A DNA stretch of 62,629 bases, from NCBI GenBank assembly GCA_018224445.1, contig JAGTVA010000046.1, positions 1 to 62,629 on the forward strand, written 5' to 3'. Positions 17,556 to 26,516 of this stretch are shown here, one piece after another. Numbering within the stretch: the stretch's first letter is position 1; each line of letters opens with the position of its first letter. The DNA is from Saprospiraceae bacterium. GTDB lineage: Bacteria; Bacteroidota; Bacteroidia; Chitinophagales; Saprospiraceae. Position numbers and translations under genes: made by a program. The notes under the pieces were generated by a model. The model had not been told where the DNA came from. It was given only the letters and a program-made list of their open reading frames with translations, and ran no database searches.

Positions 17556-18176
17556 TTGACTGATATTCTTATTCACCTCAGTATAGGTTGGTTTGCTGCA
17601 GTTCTCGGCGCGCTGCCTTTAGGCCTGGTCAATTTAAATGTAGTCAATGACGCCATCCTTAAGGGTAACAAAGAGGCATTTAAGTTGAGCTTGGGAGCCA
17701 CCGCAGTTGAAATATTGTACGCCATTTCAGCATTGATCGCAGGTAAGCAACTGATCCATTCCCTCGATTCAAATTTATGGATACAATTATTTGTTGTAAT
17801 TATTTTACTTATTATTGGGTTATTGTTTCTATTTAAAAACCATCGGGAGGTGAAAACCATAAATATAAGTCTTCCGCCCTTTATCAAGGGAATGGGGCTC
17901 AATTTCCTAAGCCCTCAGGTCTTTATATATTGGTTGATCGCTGTTGTTTATCTTCAGTCAACTCCCGGAATAAATTACGACATGAAATATCTAATTGCAT
18001 TTATTTTAGGAGTGGGCTTTGGCAAGTTGATCACATTGTTGTTTTTTTTGATCATAGCGAATATAATCAAAGCGAAATCACAGAATATCTCCCGCAAAAT
18101 TAACACAATCATCGGGAGTATTTTAATTGGATTGGGTTTTATACAATTGTTGAGATTGTACTTCAATTCACAATAA
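17556..18176 (+). CDS. LysE/RhtB-type small-molecule exporter
   Basis: 206 aa with about 6 TM segments. N-terminus WFAAVLGALPLGLVNLNVV resembles the LysE-family first helix. TTG start, with no in-frame ATG near the N-terminus. Confidence 0.55.
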   Translation: MTDILIHLSIGWFAAVLGALPLGLVNLNVVNDAILKGNKEAFKLSLGATAVEILYAISALIAGKQLIHSLDSNLWIQLFVVIILLIIGLLFLFKNHREVKTINISLPPFIKGMGLNFLSPQVFIYWLIAVVYLQSTPGINYDMKYLIAFILGVGFGKLITLLFFLIIANIIKAKSQNISRKINTIIGSILIGLGFIQLLRLYFNSQ

Positions 18177-18270
18177 ATTCTGTCTTTTGAATTTTTATTT
18201 TTAAGACACCGTACATTTTAGTTTTAATTGTGCTGAATAAATTAAGTATACGGTTTGTAGCTGCCAGGAT

Positions 18271-19167
18271 TTACTCCATTTTAACAAATTGAATTCCCAT
18301 CTCAAATGAAGGGGAAATAAAGCGAATCAGATAGGTGCCTGCAGTTATTCCTTTAAGATCGACTAAATTGCTGAAGGCTCCGCTTTTAATCAGTTTTCCG
18401 CTTAGAGCATAGATCCGGTAATTATCCACTGCATAATCTTCCAGTCCTTTAATTTGCAGATAATCTGAAGCGGGGTTGGGAAAAACGCGCAGAGATAGAG
18501 TAACCTCATCCCTCTCAATCACATGGGTAGTGGAATCTACGACGACTTTAAAAACAATTGGAGAGTTAAAGACACAGCCCAATGCATCCACCAGAGTTAA
18601 TTCATAACAAGTGGTGGTATCGGGCCACACATCAGGTAAGGCTGAGTGAATGTCGGAAATATTGTAGTCCGGACTCCAGGTATAGGACGAAGGTTGAATA
18701 ATCGCATCAACATTGGAAAACATTGTAGTAGTATCCCCCTTTGTTATGATGTCCTTCATCTCAATTGCAAAGGTCAAAAAACTTGAAAAAAGAACCCCTA
18801 CACTGTCCCTGCATTTCATACCAGTGGAATCCTCGACAAATACATGAAATACAACCTCAGAATCTTCAAATACACCGTTGATTAGGGTAGGAATGGCAAC
18901 CGTGGTGTCTTCCAAAAAATGAGAAGCCGTTAAAATTATATTATTTTGAAATCCTGTGGGGTGATTCGCCTCCCATCGGATGGTATAGGGTGGTGTGCCT
19001 CCGGAAATATGCACCTCCAACTGCTGAGGAGAAAATTGTCCTTCACTATCGGTACACACCCCAACAGATTCACCTGCATCTGCCATACATTGGCCTGAAA
19101 GAGAGTTAGTCATCAACGTACAAAATAAAAATAATACAAGGCATACAGAAAAAATGGATGTTTTCAT
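18271..19167 (-). CDS. Secreted protein with a T9SS type A C-terminal sorting domain
   Basis: ATG at 19167 gives signal peptide MKTSIFSVCLVLFLFCTLM. C-terminus VFPNPASDYLQIKGLE...YRIYALSGKLI...AGTYLIRF. The ORF could start at 19200. Confidence 0.75.
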   Translation of the reverse strand: MKTSIFSVCLVLFLFCTLMTNSLSGQCMADAGESVGVCTDSEGQFSPQQLEVHISGGTPPYTIRWEANHPTGFQNNIILTASHFLEDTTVAIPTLINGVFEDSEVVFHVFVEDSTGMKCRDSVGVLFSSFLTFAIEMKDIITKGDTTTMFSNVDAIIQPSSYTWSPDYNISDIHSALPDVWPDTTTCYELTLVDALGCVFNSPIVFKVVVDSTTHVIERDEVTLSLRVFPNPASDYLQIKGLEDYAVDNYRIYALSGKLIKSGAFSNLVDLKGITAGTYLIRFISPSFEMGIQFVKME

Positions 19168-19295
19168 GAGGTAACTTTTTATAGAGAAATATTTTATCAT
19201 AAATTTTTAATAATTCCTAAAGCTAAGATAAATATTAACTTTATTCTCAATTTTAAACCGCATAATAATTTGTCCTGGACTTTGACTCTTTTTGA

Positions 19296-19445
19296 TTGCT
19301 GCCTTTGAGATCCCTTCGGCAGGCTATTAGATTTGCTCAGGGACCTCGAAAGGCAGCGGATTTGTGGGAAGTTTTATGTTTATTTGAGTCTGACAACCAA
19401 AATCCGGCGGCTGAGGCGGTCCCTGAGTTAGTCGAAGGGTTCTAT
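19296..19445. repeat. GC-rich REP-like intergenic element with an imperfect ~16-bp stem
   Basis: ctgcctttgagatccc (19299-19314) pairs with gggacctcgaaaggcag (19340-19356), followed by ccggcggctgaggcggtccctgag. Shares the cccttcg...ctcaggga words with the inverted element at 51503-51590. Confidence 0.6.
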
Positions 19446-19583
19446 AAGCCTACGGATATTTATCACCATAACTACACCAACTAAAAATGTAATAAGAAAT
19501 GCACATTTTGAATTTTTTAGCTTTTAATTAATGAATTCTTACCATACAATTTCCTGTGTATAGTCGTATGGTGATATATATGA

Positions 19584-20309
19584 TTGGTAAAAAATATAAT
19601 TTCATATCTAAAATTAAGCAATGTGAATTTAATCGAATTTAATTTCAGCAAAGGATTGCTTGTATTGCTCCTATTCAGTTGTATGAGTTTGTTTCATTCC
19701 TGTTCCAGCAGGGCGTATAAAGCTACTAATTACGACGAACTGACGGAGAAAAGTCAAATGGTGGCCATCATGCCCTACGAAATTATTTTTAACGGGAAAA
19801 AGCCCAAAAACATGACCGAAGAAGAAATGACTGCTCAGGACAACCGCGAAAAACTTGGTTTTCAGCAATCTCTTTACAAATGGGTGGCCAGCAGGTGGAG
19901 GAGGAACAGCTTGCAGTTGCAAAATCCATCCACCACTCTATCCAAGCTTAAAAAGGCGGGGATAGACATATACAACATTCAGGAATATACCGGAGAGGAA
20001 TTGGCTCGGGCCGCAGAAGTGGACATGGTTTTTATCTCCACGGTGGTAAAGCACCGATACAGAGGCGATCTCGCTTCCATGGGAATTGATGTAGTGCAGC
20101 GAACGGTTAGGGGAGTTGCTGACGTGCCCGTACCGCACATTCCCTCAAAAACCAACGATGTATTCGCAACGGTTTCACTAGTTCATTCCAACCACAGCGA
20201 AACGATTTGGACCCACAGCAGGACCGGAGCTGCCAATTGGAATTATCCGGTACCCAGGGTTATGGATGCGGTGCATAAAAAAATAGTGAGGAGACTGCCA
20301 AAAAGATAA
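19584..20309 (+). CDS. Probable lipoprotein, function unknown
   Basis: Lipobox-like LLLFSC / LFHSC near the N-terminus. Start uncertain (TTG 19584 or GTG 19623). No recognisable catalytic motif. Confidence 0.5.
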   Translation: MVKNIISYLKLSNVNLIEFNFSKGLLVLLLFSCMSLFHSCSSRAYKATNYDELTEKSQMVAIMPYEIIFNGKKPKNMTEEEMTAQDNREKLGFQQSLYKWVASRWRRNSLQLQNPSTTLSKLKKAGIDIYNIQEYTGEELARAAEVDMVFISTVVKHRYRGDLASMGIDVVQRTVRGVADVPVPHIPSKTNDVFATVSLVHSNHSETIWTHSRTGAANWNYPVPRVMDAVHKKIVRRLPKR

Positions 20310-20561
20310 AATAAATACGGAATAGAAGAGGTAGATGTATGTACATTTTTAGCTCACTTGTCTTGCGCTGACTATGGTAGATATTTTATTCTACTCTAAT
20401 ATTAATACAACAATCACCAGTTTCTACTTCCCATAGGTTAAAAAGGATTTAATACATAACTTCATTTAAATCATAGTCAATTAAAAAAAACAGCATTAAT
20501 TTTTTATTATTTCCCCTGGACTGTTTAGATTTGATTTTTTTTACTCAAAAATAATCCTGTT

Positions 20562-22586
20562 ATGAAAAAATGTTTTACTAAATTGTTTAATGGTGTTTTT
20601 ATTCTTTTACTGTCCTCCACTTCATTCGGTTTTTTAGAAGCTCAGGTGGAGAGAATGGTAATAGTAGAAGAATTCACCAATGCCTCCTGCGTTCCCTGTG
20701 CTGCGCAAAATCCCGCTTTTAACCAATTGCTTCAAGGCAATGAAAACCGGGTGATTTCCATTAAGTACCAAACCAACTGGCCGGGATTTGACCCTTACAA
20801 CCAGCAAAATCCTTCGGAAGTGAACACAAGAGTTCAACATTATATGGTTCAGGGCGTTCCCCATGCCGCCATTGACGGTAATAATCCCACCCCTTCCTAT
20901 GCTGGAGGTGTAGGAGGCTGGGGCCCGGATGATTGGTACAATGGGGCACCCGGTGGTTACAACAATCTGGTATTTGATTACGCCGTTGGTCAGGAAACCT
21001 TTCTCGAAGTTGACCTCAGTGCAGAGTGGAATGAGGATCTAACTTCAGCACAAGTCACCGTCAACTTGATTAATCATCACGATTCTCTTCCCATTTCCGG
21101 TTCGCATCACCTTCAACTGGCTTTAATCGAAAAAGAAAACCAATGGCCCTTTCCACCGGGATCTACCAATGAAGCTGAATTTTTTAATATCATGAGAAAA
21201 ATGTATCCGGATGCCAATGGAACCCAGGTAGGTGAAATAGCGGCCTCAGACACACTTCAATTTACTTTTGAAACCGTTGTGCCGGATTATATTTACAATC
21301 TTAACCAAATGGCTTTTGTTGCTTTTGTTGAAAACAGAGCAGAGAGATATGTGCTGAACAGCAGTATATCTGAAGTATCTACTGTTCCTGTATTTTTTCC
21401 AGATGTTTCCATCATCAGAAAATCTACTACTGCTTCCGATGAATTGTGCGATCGAACTATAGAAATGGGTATGGAAGTCGAAAATTCAGGAACTGAACCA
21501 ATTTTCAGTTTTGATGCGGTATTCAATTTGGGAAATGAAAGTGTGGTTATAGAAATAAACGACACTTTACAATCACAGGAATCTATTGAAATTTCAGTTC
21601 CGGAAATGCCTCTTATACCGGGAAACAATGTAGTTTCTTACAGAGTTGAAAATATCAATGCCAATGAAAACAGAGTGGTGAACAGATTGTCTCTTGCCGT
21701 TCCCAATGATCAATTTTCAGCCGTAGGCCCCGGGGTAGCTACCGAATTGGATTTTAAGTTTGAAGGCGATGTACTCGGCTCTTCTGCACCTATCGGAACC
21801 ATAACCGAAAGTCCCAACAATCGAATGATACTCGTAGTAAATCAAAATGGATTTCAGAACGCCACTCAGCCCTTAGGTGGATATGGAGAATCTGAAAATT
21901 CCCTTTGGGTGAATTTTTACCAATGGGAAGTTCCAGCATTGCCCAATAGAGGGTCCATTATTTTAGCTGATCATATAATTACAGAATCTGTTTCTTCTGT
22001 CAATGTTATATTCGATCGAGCCAACTGTCAATATTCCGGATTCCCTACCTCAGATGCACTAGAAGGGCATGTTTCATTTGATTGTGGAGACTCATGGACA
22101 AAGGTGTATGAGAAAATTGGTACAGACCTGGCCACTGCACCTCCCTCTGAGCCTATGTTTTTGGCACAACCCAATCAATGGGTAACCGATACTATAAGGG
22201 TAGAGGGTATAGATGCGCCTGAAATGCTGTTTAAATTTGAGGTGGTCTCCGATTGGGGCAACAGTCTGTTTATCGACAACATCAGATTAGAAGAAGTAAC
22301 TACCAATACGCAAACACCTGAGTCTTTTTCAGCCAGTATTTCCGTATTTCCCAATCCAACTTCGGATTTAGTCAACATTCATTTCAACCTGGAGAGGGAA
22401 TCTACCATGTTGGTAGAAATATTCAGTGCAGAGGGAAAATTGGTAGATGTTCTGCACCGTCCCAACAGGTATCTGCAATCAGGAACTCACCAATTACAAT
22501 GGACTCCTCTACACTCTGGCCAGTATTTTGTGAAGTTTTTCGACGGTCAATCACAAAAAGTAGAATCCTTTTCAGTGGTTAAATAA
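20562..22586 (+). CDS. Large secreted T9SS cargo protein with an N-terminal Omp28-like/thioredoxin-like CxxC region and a type A sorting domain
   Basis: Signal peptide. VEEFTNASCVPCAAQNPAF is paralogous to VEQFSNTSCPNCASRIPGF of the 560-1564 gene. C-terminus VFPNPTSDLVNIHF...VEIFSAEGKLV...GQYFVKF. Confidence 0.8.
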   Translation: MKKCFTKLFNGVFILLLSSTSFGFLEAQVERMVIVEEFTNASCVPCAAQNPAFNQLLQGNENRVISIKYQTNWPGFDPYNQQNPSEVNTRVQHYMVQGVPHAAIDGNNPTPSYAGGVGGWGPDDWYNGAPGGYNNLVFDYAVGQETFLEVDLSAEWNEDLTSAQVTVNLINHHDSLPISGSHHLQLALIEKENQWPFPPGSTNEAEFFNIMRKMYPDANGTQVGEIAASDTLQFTFETVVPDYIYNLNQMAFVAFVENRAERYVLNSSISEVSTVPVFFPDVSIIRKSTTASDELCDRTIEMGMEVENSGTEPIFSFDAVFNLGNESVVIEINDTLQSQESIEISVPEMPLIPGNNVVSYRVENINANENRVVNRLSLAVPNDQFSAVGPGVATELDFKFEGDVLGSSAPIGTITESPNNRMILVVNQNGFQNATQPLGGYGESENSLWVNFYQWEVPALPNRGSIILADHIITESVSSVNVIFDRANCQYSGFPTSDALEGHVSFDCGDSWTKVYEKIGTDLATAPPSEPMFLAQPNQWVTDTIRVEGIDAPEMLFKFEVVSDWGNSLFIDNIRLEEVTTNTQTPESFSASISVFPNPTSDLVNIHFNLERESTMLVEIFSAEGKLVDVLHRPNRYLQSGTHQLQWTPLHSGQYFVKFFDGQSQKVESFSVVK

Positions 22587-22599
22587 AAAAATTGGTAAA

Positions 22600-22638
22600 A
22601 ATAATCATGGAAGTTTTATTTTGACTTCCATGATTATT
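22600..22638 (+). terminator. Perfect 15-bp-stem hairpin downstream of 20562-22586
   Basis: aataatcatggaagt (22600-22614) and acttccatgattatt (22624-22638), with a 9-nt loop. An A-run precedes it and no strong T-run follows, so intrinsic-terminator function is plausible but unproven. Confidence 0.5.
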
Positions 22639-22688
22639 AACCAATAGTTAAAGACCCTTAATAATTTGTATTTTATATTTTAAAGAGT

Positions 22689-22696
22689 TACATTTG
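22689..22696 (+). promoter_or_regulatory. Candidate -7 promoter box (tacatttg)
   Basis: Matches TAnnTTTG, 36 nt upstream of the ATG at 22732. Confidence 0.45.
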
Positions 22697-22731
22697 CTAA
22701 AGGTTTTTACTGCAGTTTAAGGCACACTTTT

Positions 22732-23430
22732 ATGAAAATATTCTACACGGGCTTGTTATTTTTCTTTTTATTTAATCTGCAATTGGGTTTTGGCCAGATT
22801 GTGCCCCTTTCGAATTCCAATATCCACTTCGATTTTGAAGTTGATGAAAACGACTATTATCAAGATATCGATGCAAAATTGACACTGCAATATACCGGAG
22901 AGGATACGGTCAGAATTGTATGGGAAAGAAACATTTATTCCTTGCCGGATGGATGGGAGACCGCAGTTTGTGACCCCAAACTCTGTTATTTGCCCGGAGT
23001 TTCAACTGAGAGCTTTGTGGTGGTTCCCAATCAGATTTTTGACCTCGCTGTGCACGTCTATCCCCGAAAAATTCAGGGAGACTCAGGACGAGTGAGCGTG
23101 TTATTATACGAAGAATCTAAACCGGAAGAGAAATTTGAGTACACTTATTCTTTTGAAAATTCCGCAATTTCATCGGTATCGGAAAATTCAGGGCCGGTAG
23201 AACGGCCATCTATTTACCCCAATCCCGCCGAGGACTACTTTTTTATTAAAAACGATGAATCTGTGGTAAGTGTTGAAATTTACAATCTGGTCGGTCAGTT
23301 GGTACAGCGCAGAAACTACCTCAACTCCAAGCAAGTAAATGTATCTGACTTGCATCCCGGTATGTATTTCGTTAAACTACTCGATCCGGGATATCGCATC
23401 ATTAGAACGCTTAGGCTCAACAAGAGATAA
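22732..23430 (+). CDS. Secreted protein with a T9SS type A C-terminal sorting domain
   Basis: Signal peptide MKIFYTGLLFFFLFNLQLGFGQ. C-terminus IYPNPAEDYFFIKN...VEIYNLVGQLV...GMYFVKLLD. Confidence 0.8.
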   Translation: MKIFYTGLLFFFLFNLQLGFGQIVPLSNSNIHFDFEVDENDYYQDIDAKLTLQYTGEDTVRIVWERNIYSLPDGWETAVCDPKLCYLPGVSTESFVVVPNQIFDLAVHVYPRKIQGDSGRVSVLLYEESKPEEKFEYTYSFENSAISSVSENSGPVERPSIYPNPAEDYFFIKNDESVVSVEIYNLVGQLVQRRNYLNSKQVNVSDLHPGMYFVKLLDPGYRIIRTLRLNKR

Positions 23431-23850
23431 CTACTTGCGAGGGCCGTATTCAGCGTAATTCCTGGGAGTTTCATACAATCTCACCCTCAAGTCTATTTTG
23501 GGGTCTATTTTTTTTCGCAGTCGTTCGTAAGCTACTATGCAAATATTCTCCACGGTGGGATTTAATTCTTTAAATTCAGCTACTTGCTCATTGAGATTTT
23601 TGTGATCAAAATACTCTTCCACTTCCTCTCGAATTACTTTTTTAAGTTCTTGCAGATTGACTAACATTCCGGTCACCGCATCAATTTCCCCTGTCAGACA
23701 CACTTCTAGTTCGTAATTGTGGCCGTGGTAATAAGGATTGTTGCAAAGGCCAAAAACTCTGTCGTTTTTTTGGCGATCCCACCCTTTTACGTAAAGCCTG
23801 TGGGCCGCGTTAAAATGGCCGCGTCTGTAGACCGATATAATTTTTCCCAT
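23431..23850 (-). CDS. queD: 6-carboxy-5,6,7,8-tetrahydropterin synthase / 6-pyruvoyl-tetrahydropterin synthase family
   Basis: GHFNAAHRL and CNNPYYHGHNYELEV motifs. 139 aa. Its stop codon abuts the stop of the convergent upstream gene. Confidence 0.8.
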   Translation of the reverse strand: MGKIISVYRRGHFNAAHRLYVKGWDRQKNDRVFGLCNNPYYHGHNYELEVCLTGEIDAVTGMLVNLQELKKVIREEVEEYFDHKNLNEQVAEFKELNPTVENICIVAYERLRKKIDPKIDLRVRLYETPRNYAEYGPRK

Positions 23851-23980
23851 TTGCTTTTTTTTATTAACTGATGAGGATGTTATTCGTTCAATTCAAAGAG
23901 GTAATATAGGGATATTTTTCCATTTTATTTTGCGTTGTAAATTTATTGTTGTTTTGGTTAAAGCTGTCCCATTGTTTTCG

Positions 23981-23988
23981 TACATTTG
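23981..23988 (+). promoter_or_regulatory. Candidate -7 promoter box (tacatttg) for holB
   Basis: Matches TAnnTTTG, about 100 nt upstream of the ATG at 24091. Confidence 0.3.
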
Positions 23989-24090
23989 TTATTGCAATTA
24001 TTTTTAATATATTAAATGGCATTAATGTGATTGTCATATGGTGCACAAAAGCGGAGAAGTAGGGAATAGTTAAATACAGTATTAATTCAC

Positions 24091-25221
24091 ATGAGGCTAA
24101 GCGATATTCCGGTTTCGGAACAAGTAATAGAAGAATTTAAATTGTCGTTGCGCACCAAAAATGTGCCCCACGCCAATTTGTTGATCGGTGGACAGGGCAG
24201 CAGTCAGCTTCCTCTTGCCTTGGCCGTATCTCGCTCTATACTGTGCGCTACACCCATAGAGGGAGTAGCCTGTGGAAATTGCGCATCGTGCAAAAAGGTC
24301 GATAAATTGGCTCATCCGGATCTTCATTTTTCTTACCCTTTGAATTCTTCTACTGAAGACGGGGAATCCAAAATAGGGGAGTGGAGGGAAATGGTAATGG
24401 AAAATCCATATAGCGATCTGTCGGATTGGATAGGTAAATTAAGTGCTGAAAACAGCGTTTTGAATATTCACTCTAAGGAATGCAATAGAATTGAACGAAC
24501 CCTTTCACTGAAGTCATTTGAGGGAAGGGGAAAAGTACTTATTGTATGGTTGCCTGAATTTTTGGGTAAAGAGGGAAATAAATTGCTTAAGATCATTGAA
24601 GAACCTCCAAAAGGCACCTTTATTTTTTTGGTTTCTGCCAATGAAACCCCTATCTTACCAACTATTGTTTCCAGGTGTAGAGTGTATCGAATTCCAAACG
24701 CAAATATCAAACAACTGGCTAAATGGTTGGGCAATCACCGTGGGATTGATGAGGGCGAGGCTTTGAATGCAGCTGCCTTATCCGAGGGAATTGTAAATCA
24801 GGCCTTGTCCAACCTGGGAGAAAATCAAGCCGATATCGATATTGAGTTTTTAAACTGGACGCGTATTGCTTTTAGGAGAAACCCTATGGCAACCATTGAG
24901 TTTGTGGAGGAGTTCCACAAAACAGGAGACAAGGAAAAAGTGAGAAATCTCATCAGGTTTGGAATATTTTATTTCAACCAGCTGATTAAAAATAAATACA
25001 GAGGCAAAATTGAGGGAATGGATACGGAAGTTACCCAGTCGATTGAGAAACTTTCTAAAATGTTAGGTATAGAGGATGTTGAAAAAATAACTACCCTTTT
25101 TGAAAAGTTCCTATATCAAGTCGATCGATTTGCCAATACAAAAATTTTATTGACCCAGGCAACTATTCAATTGGGCGAAGTATTGAGAAATAGTCTTTCT
25201 GAAAATCAAATACGCGCTTAA
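24091..25221 (+). CDS. holB: DNA polymerase III subunit delta prime
   Basis: HANLLIGGQGSSQLPLALA, Zn-module-like CGNCASCKKVDKLAHPDLHF, KIIEEPPKGTFIFL and SRC sensor motif VSRCRV. Confidence 0.8.
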   Translation: MRLSDIPVSEQVIEEFKLSLRTKNVPHANLLIGGQGSSQLPLALAVSRSILCATPIEGVACGNCASCKKVDKLAHPDLHFSYPLNSSTEDGESKIGEWREMVMENPYSDLSDWIGKLSAENSVLNIHSKECNRIERTLSLKSFEGRGKVLIVWLPEFLGKEGNKLLKIIEEPPKGTFIFLVSANETPILPTIVSRCRVYRIPNANIKQLAKWLGNHRGIDEGEALNAAALSEGIVNQALSNLGENQADIDIEFLNWTRIAFRRNPMATIEFVEEFHKTGDKEKVRNLIRFGIFYFNQLIKNKYRGKIEGMDTEVTQSIEKLSKMLGIEDVEKITTLFEKFLYQVDRFANTKILLTQATIQLGEVLRNSLSENQIRA

Positions 25222-25253
25222 AATTGTTGAATTGTTGATGAAAAATATATCCA

Positions 25254-26510
25254 ATGGCTTGTACAGGCTGCAGTACTAATAAAACAGGAGAACCTGCCGG
25301 TTGTGGAAACAACGGACACTGTTCCACCGGCGGTTGCAATAAATTAAATACCTACGATTGGTTGGCTGTAATGGATCTGGAAGATCCGTGCGGAACCGAT
25401 CTGGTTGAAGTCAGTTTCAAGAATGGTTCCAGAAAGGATTTCTTTGTCAATCCCACCCACAACAGGACAGGAACCGGAGATTTTGTTGTAGTGGATTCCG
25501 GATCGGGCTACGATGTGGGAAAAATAACACTCAGTGGTGACCTGGTAAAACTACAAATGAAAAAGAAAAAAGCCAGGGAAGATAAAGTATACCTCGAAGT
25601 GCTGAGGAAGGCCAATGAATCGGACCTCGATAAAATGGAACGTGCGAGGGAAATGGAGAGGCCTGCTCTCGTCAAAGCACGTGCTATTGTCAATACGCTA
25701 AGCCTTGAAATGAAAATTGGTGATGTTGAATATCAGGCAGATCAGCGAAAAGCTACTTTTTACTACACCGCCGACGGAAGAGTAGATTTCAGGGAATTGG
25801 TCAGGGCTTATGCCAAGGAATTTCGAACCAAAATTGAAATGAGGCAAATCGGAGCCAGGCAGGAGTCCGGCCGCATTGGGGGCATAGGTAGTTGTGGAAG
25901 GGAGTTGTGCTGCTCTACCTGGCTCACGGACTTTAAATCGGTTTCCACCTCTGCTGCCAGGTATCAAAATTTGGCCATCAACCAAGCTAAATTATCAGGC
26001 CAGTGCGGAAGATTAAAGTGCTGTCTCAATTATGAGTTAGATACCTATATCGACGCTTTAAAACACTTCCCAAAGAAGGCCGACAAATTAATAACCAAAA
26101 TGGGAAGAGCTGTTCTCATAAAAAGCGATATTTTCAAGCGTTTGATGTTTTACTCCTACGAAACGGATAAGGGTAGAGGAATACTCGTCGCTCTGGACGT
26201 TGAGAGGGTTAAGGAAATATTGGCGATGAATAAAAAGAATGAATTTCCGGATGAACTCCCGGGCGAAAAAATTTTGGTCAACGACTCAAATTCTGACAGA
26301 GAGGAAGAATCGGGAGATGTGACAGAGGGTTTTGAAATGCCCGAGTCCAAACCAAAAGCCAGAAAAAAAAGACGTAAAGGTGGAAGAAAAGGGAGCAAAC
26401 CCAGAGGAAATAAATCTCAATCCAGCTCGGATAGTAAAACAACTAATAAGCGGAATCATAAAAATCAAAAAGGAAATAATTCAAATAGGCCTAACAAAAA
26501 GAAAGATTAA
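25254..26510 (+). CDS. PSP1 domain protein (YaaT/RicT homolog) with a Cys-rich N-terminus and a highly basic C-terminal tail
   Basis: PSP1 core ADQRKATFYYTADGRVDFRELVR...GRLKCCLNYE. N-terminal CTGCS...CGNNGHCSTGGC. Conserved holB-PSP1 gene order. Confidence 0.75.
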   Translation: MACTGCSTNKTGEPAGCGNNGHCSTGGCNKLNTYDWLAVMDLEDPCGTDLVEVSFKNGSRKDFFVNPTHNRTGTGDFVVVDSGSGYDVGKITLSGDLVKLQMKKKKAREDKVYLEVLRKANESDLDKMERAREMERPALVKARAIVNTLSLEMKIGDVEYQADQRKATFYYTADGRVDFRELVRAYAKEFRTKIEMRQIGARQESGRIGGIGSCGRELCCSTWLTDFKSVSTSAARYQNLAINQAKLSGQCGRLKCCLNYELDTYIDALKHFPKKADKLITKMGRAVLIKSDIFKRLMFYSYETDKGRGILVALDVERVKEILAMNKKNEFPDELPGEKILVNDSNSDREEESGDVTEGFEMPESKPKARKKRRKGGRKGSKPRGNKSQSSSDSKTTNKRNHKNQKGNNSNRPNKKKD

Positions 26511-26516
26511 AATAAT

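Noticed and set aside
19296-19484. 62-aa ORF (also 35601-35786 and 51458-51649) as small protein genes
   Set aside because: All three lie on GC-rich REP-like repeats. Their peptides (..PFGRL.., ..FDGTQGLP.., ..PCKGDLI..) are the kind of pseudo-translations such repeats produce. They have no RBS or promoter context.
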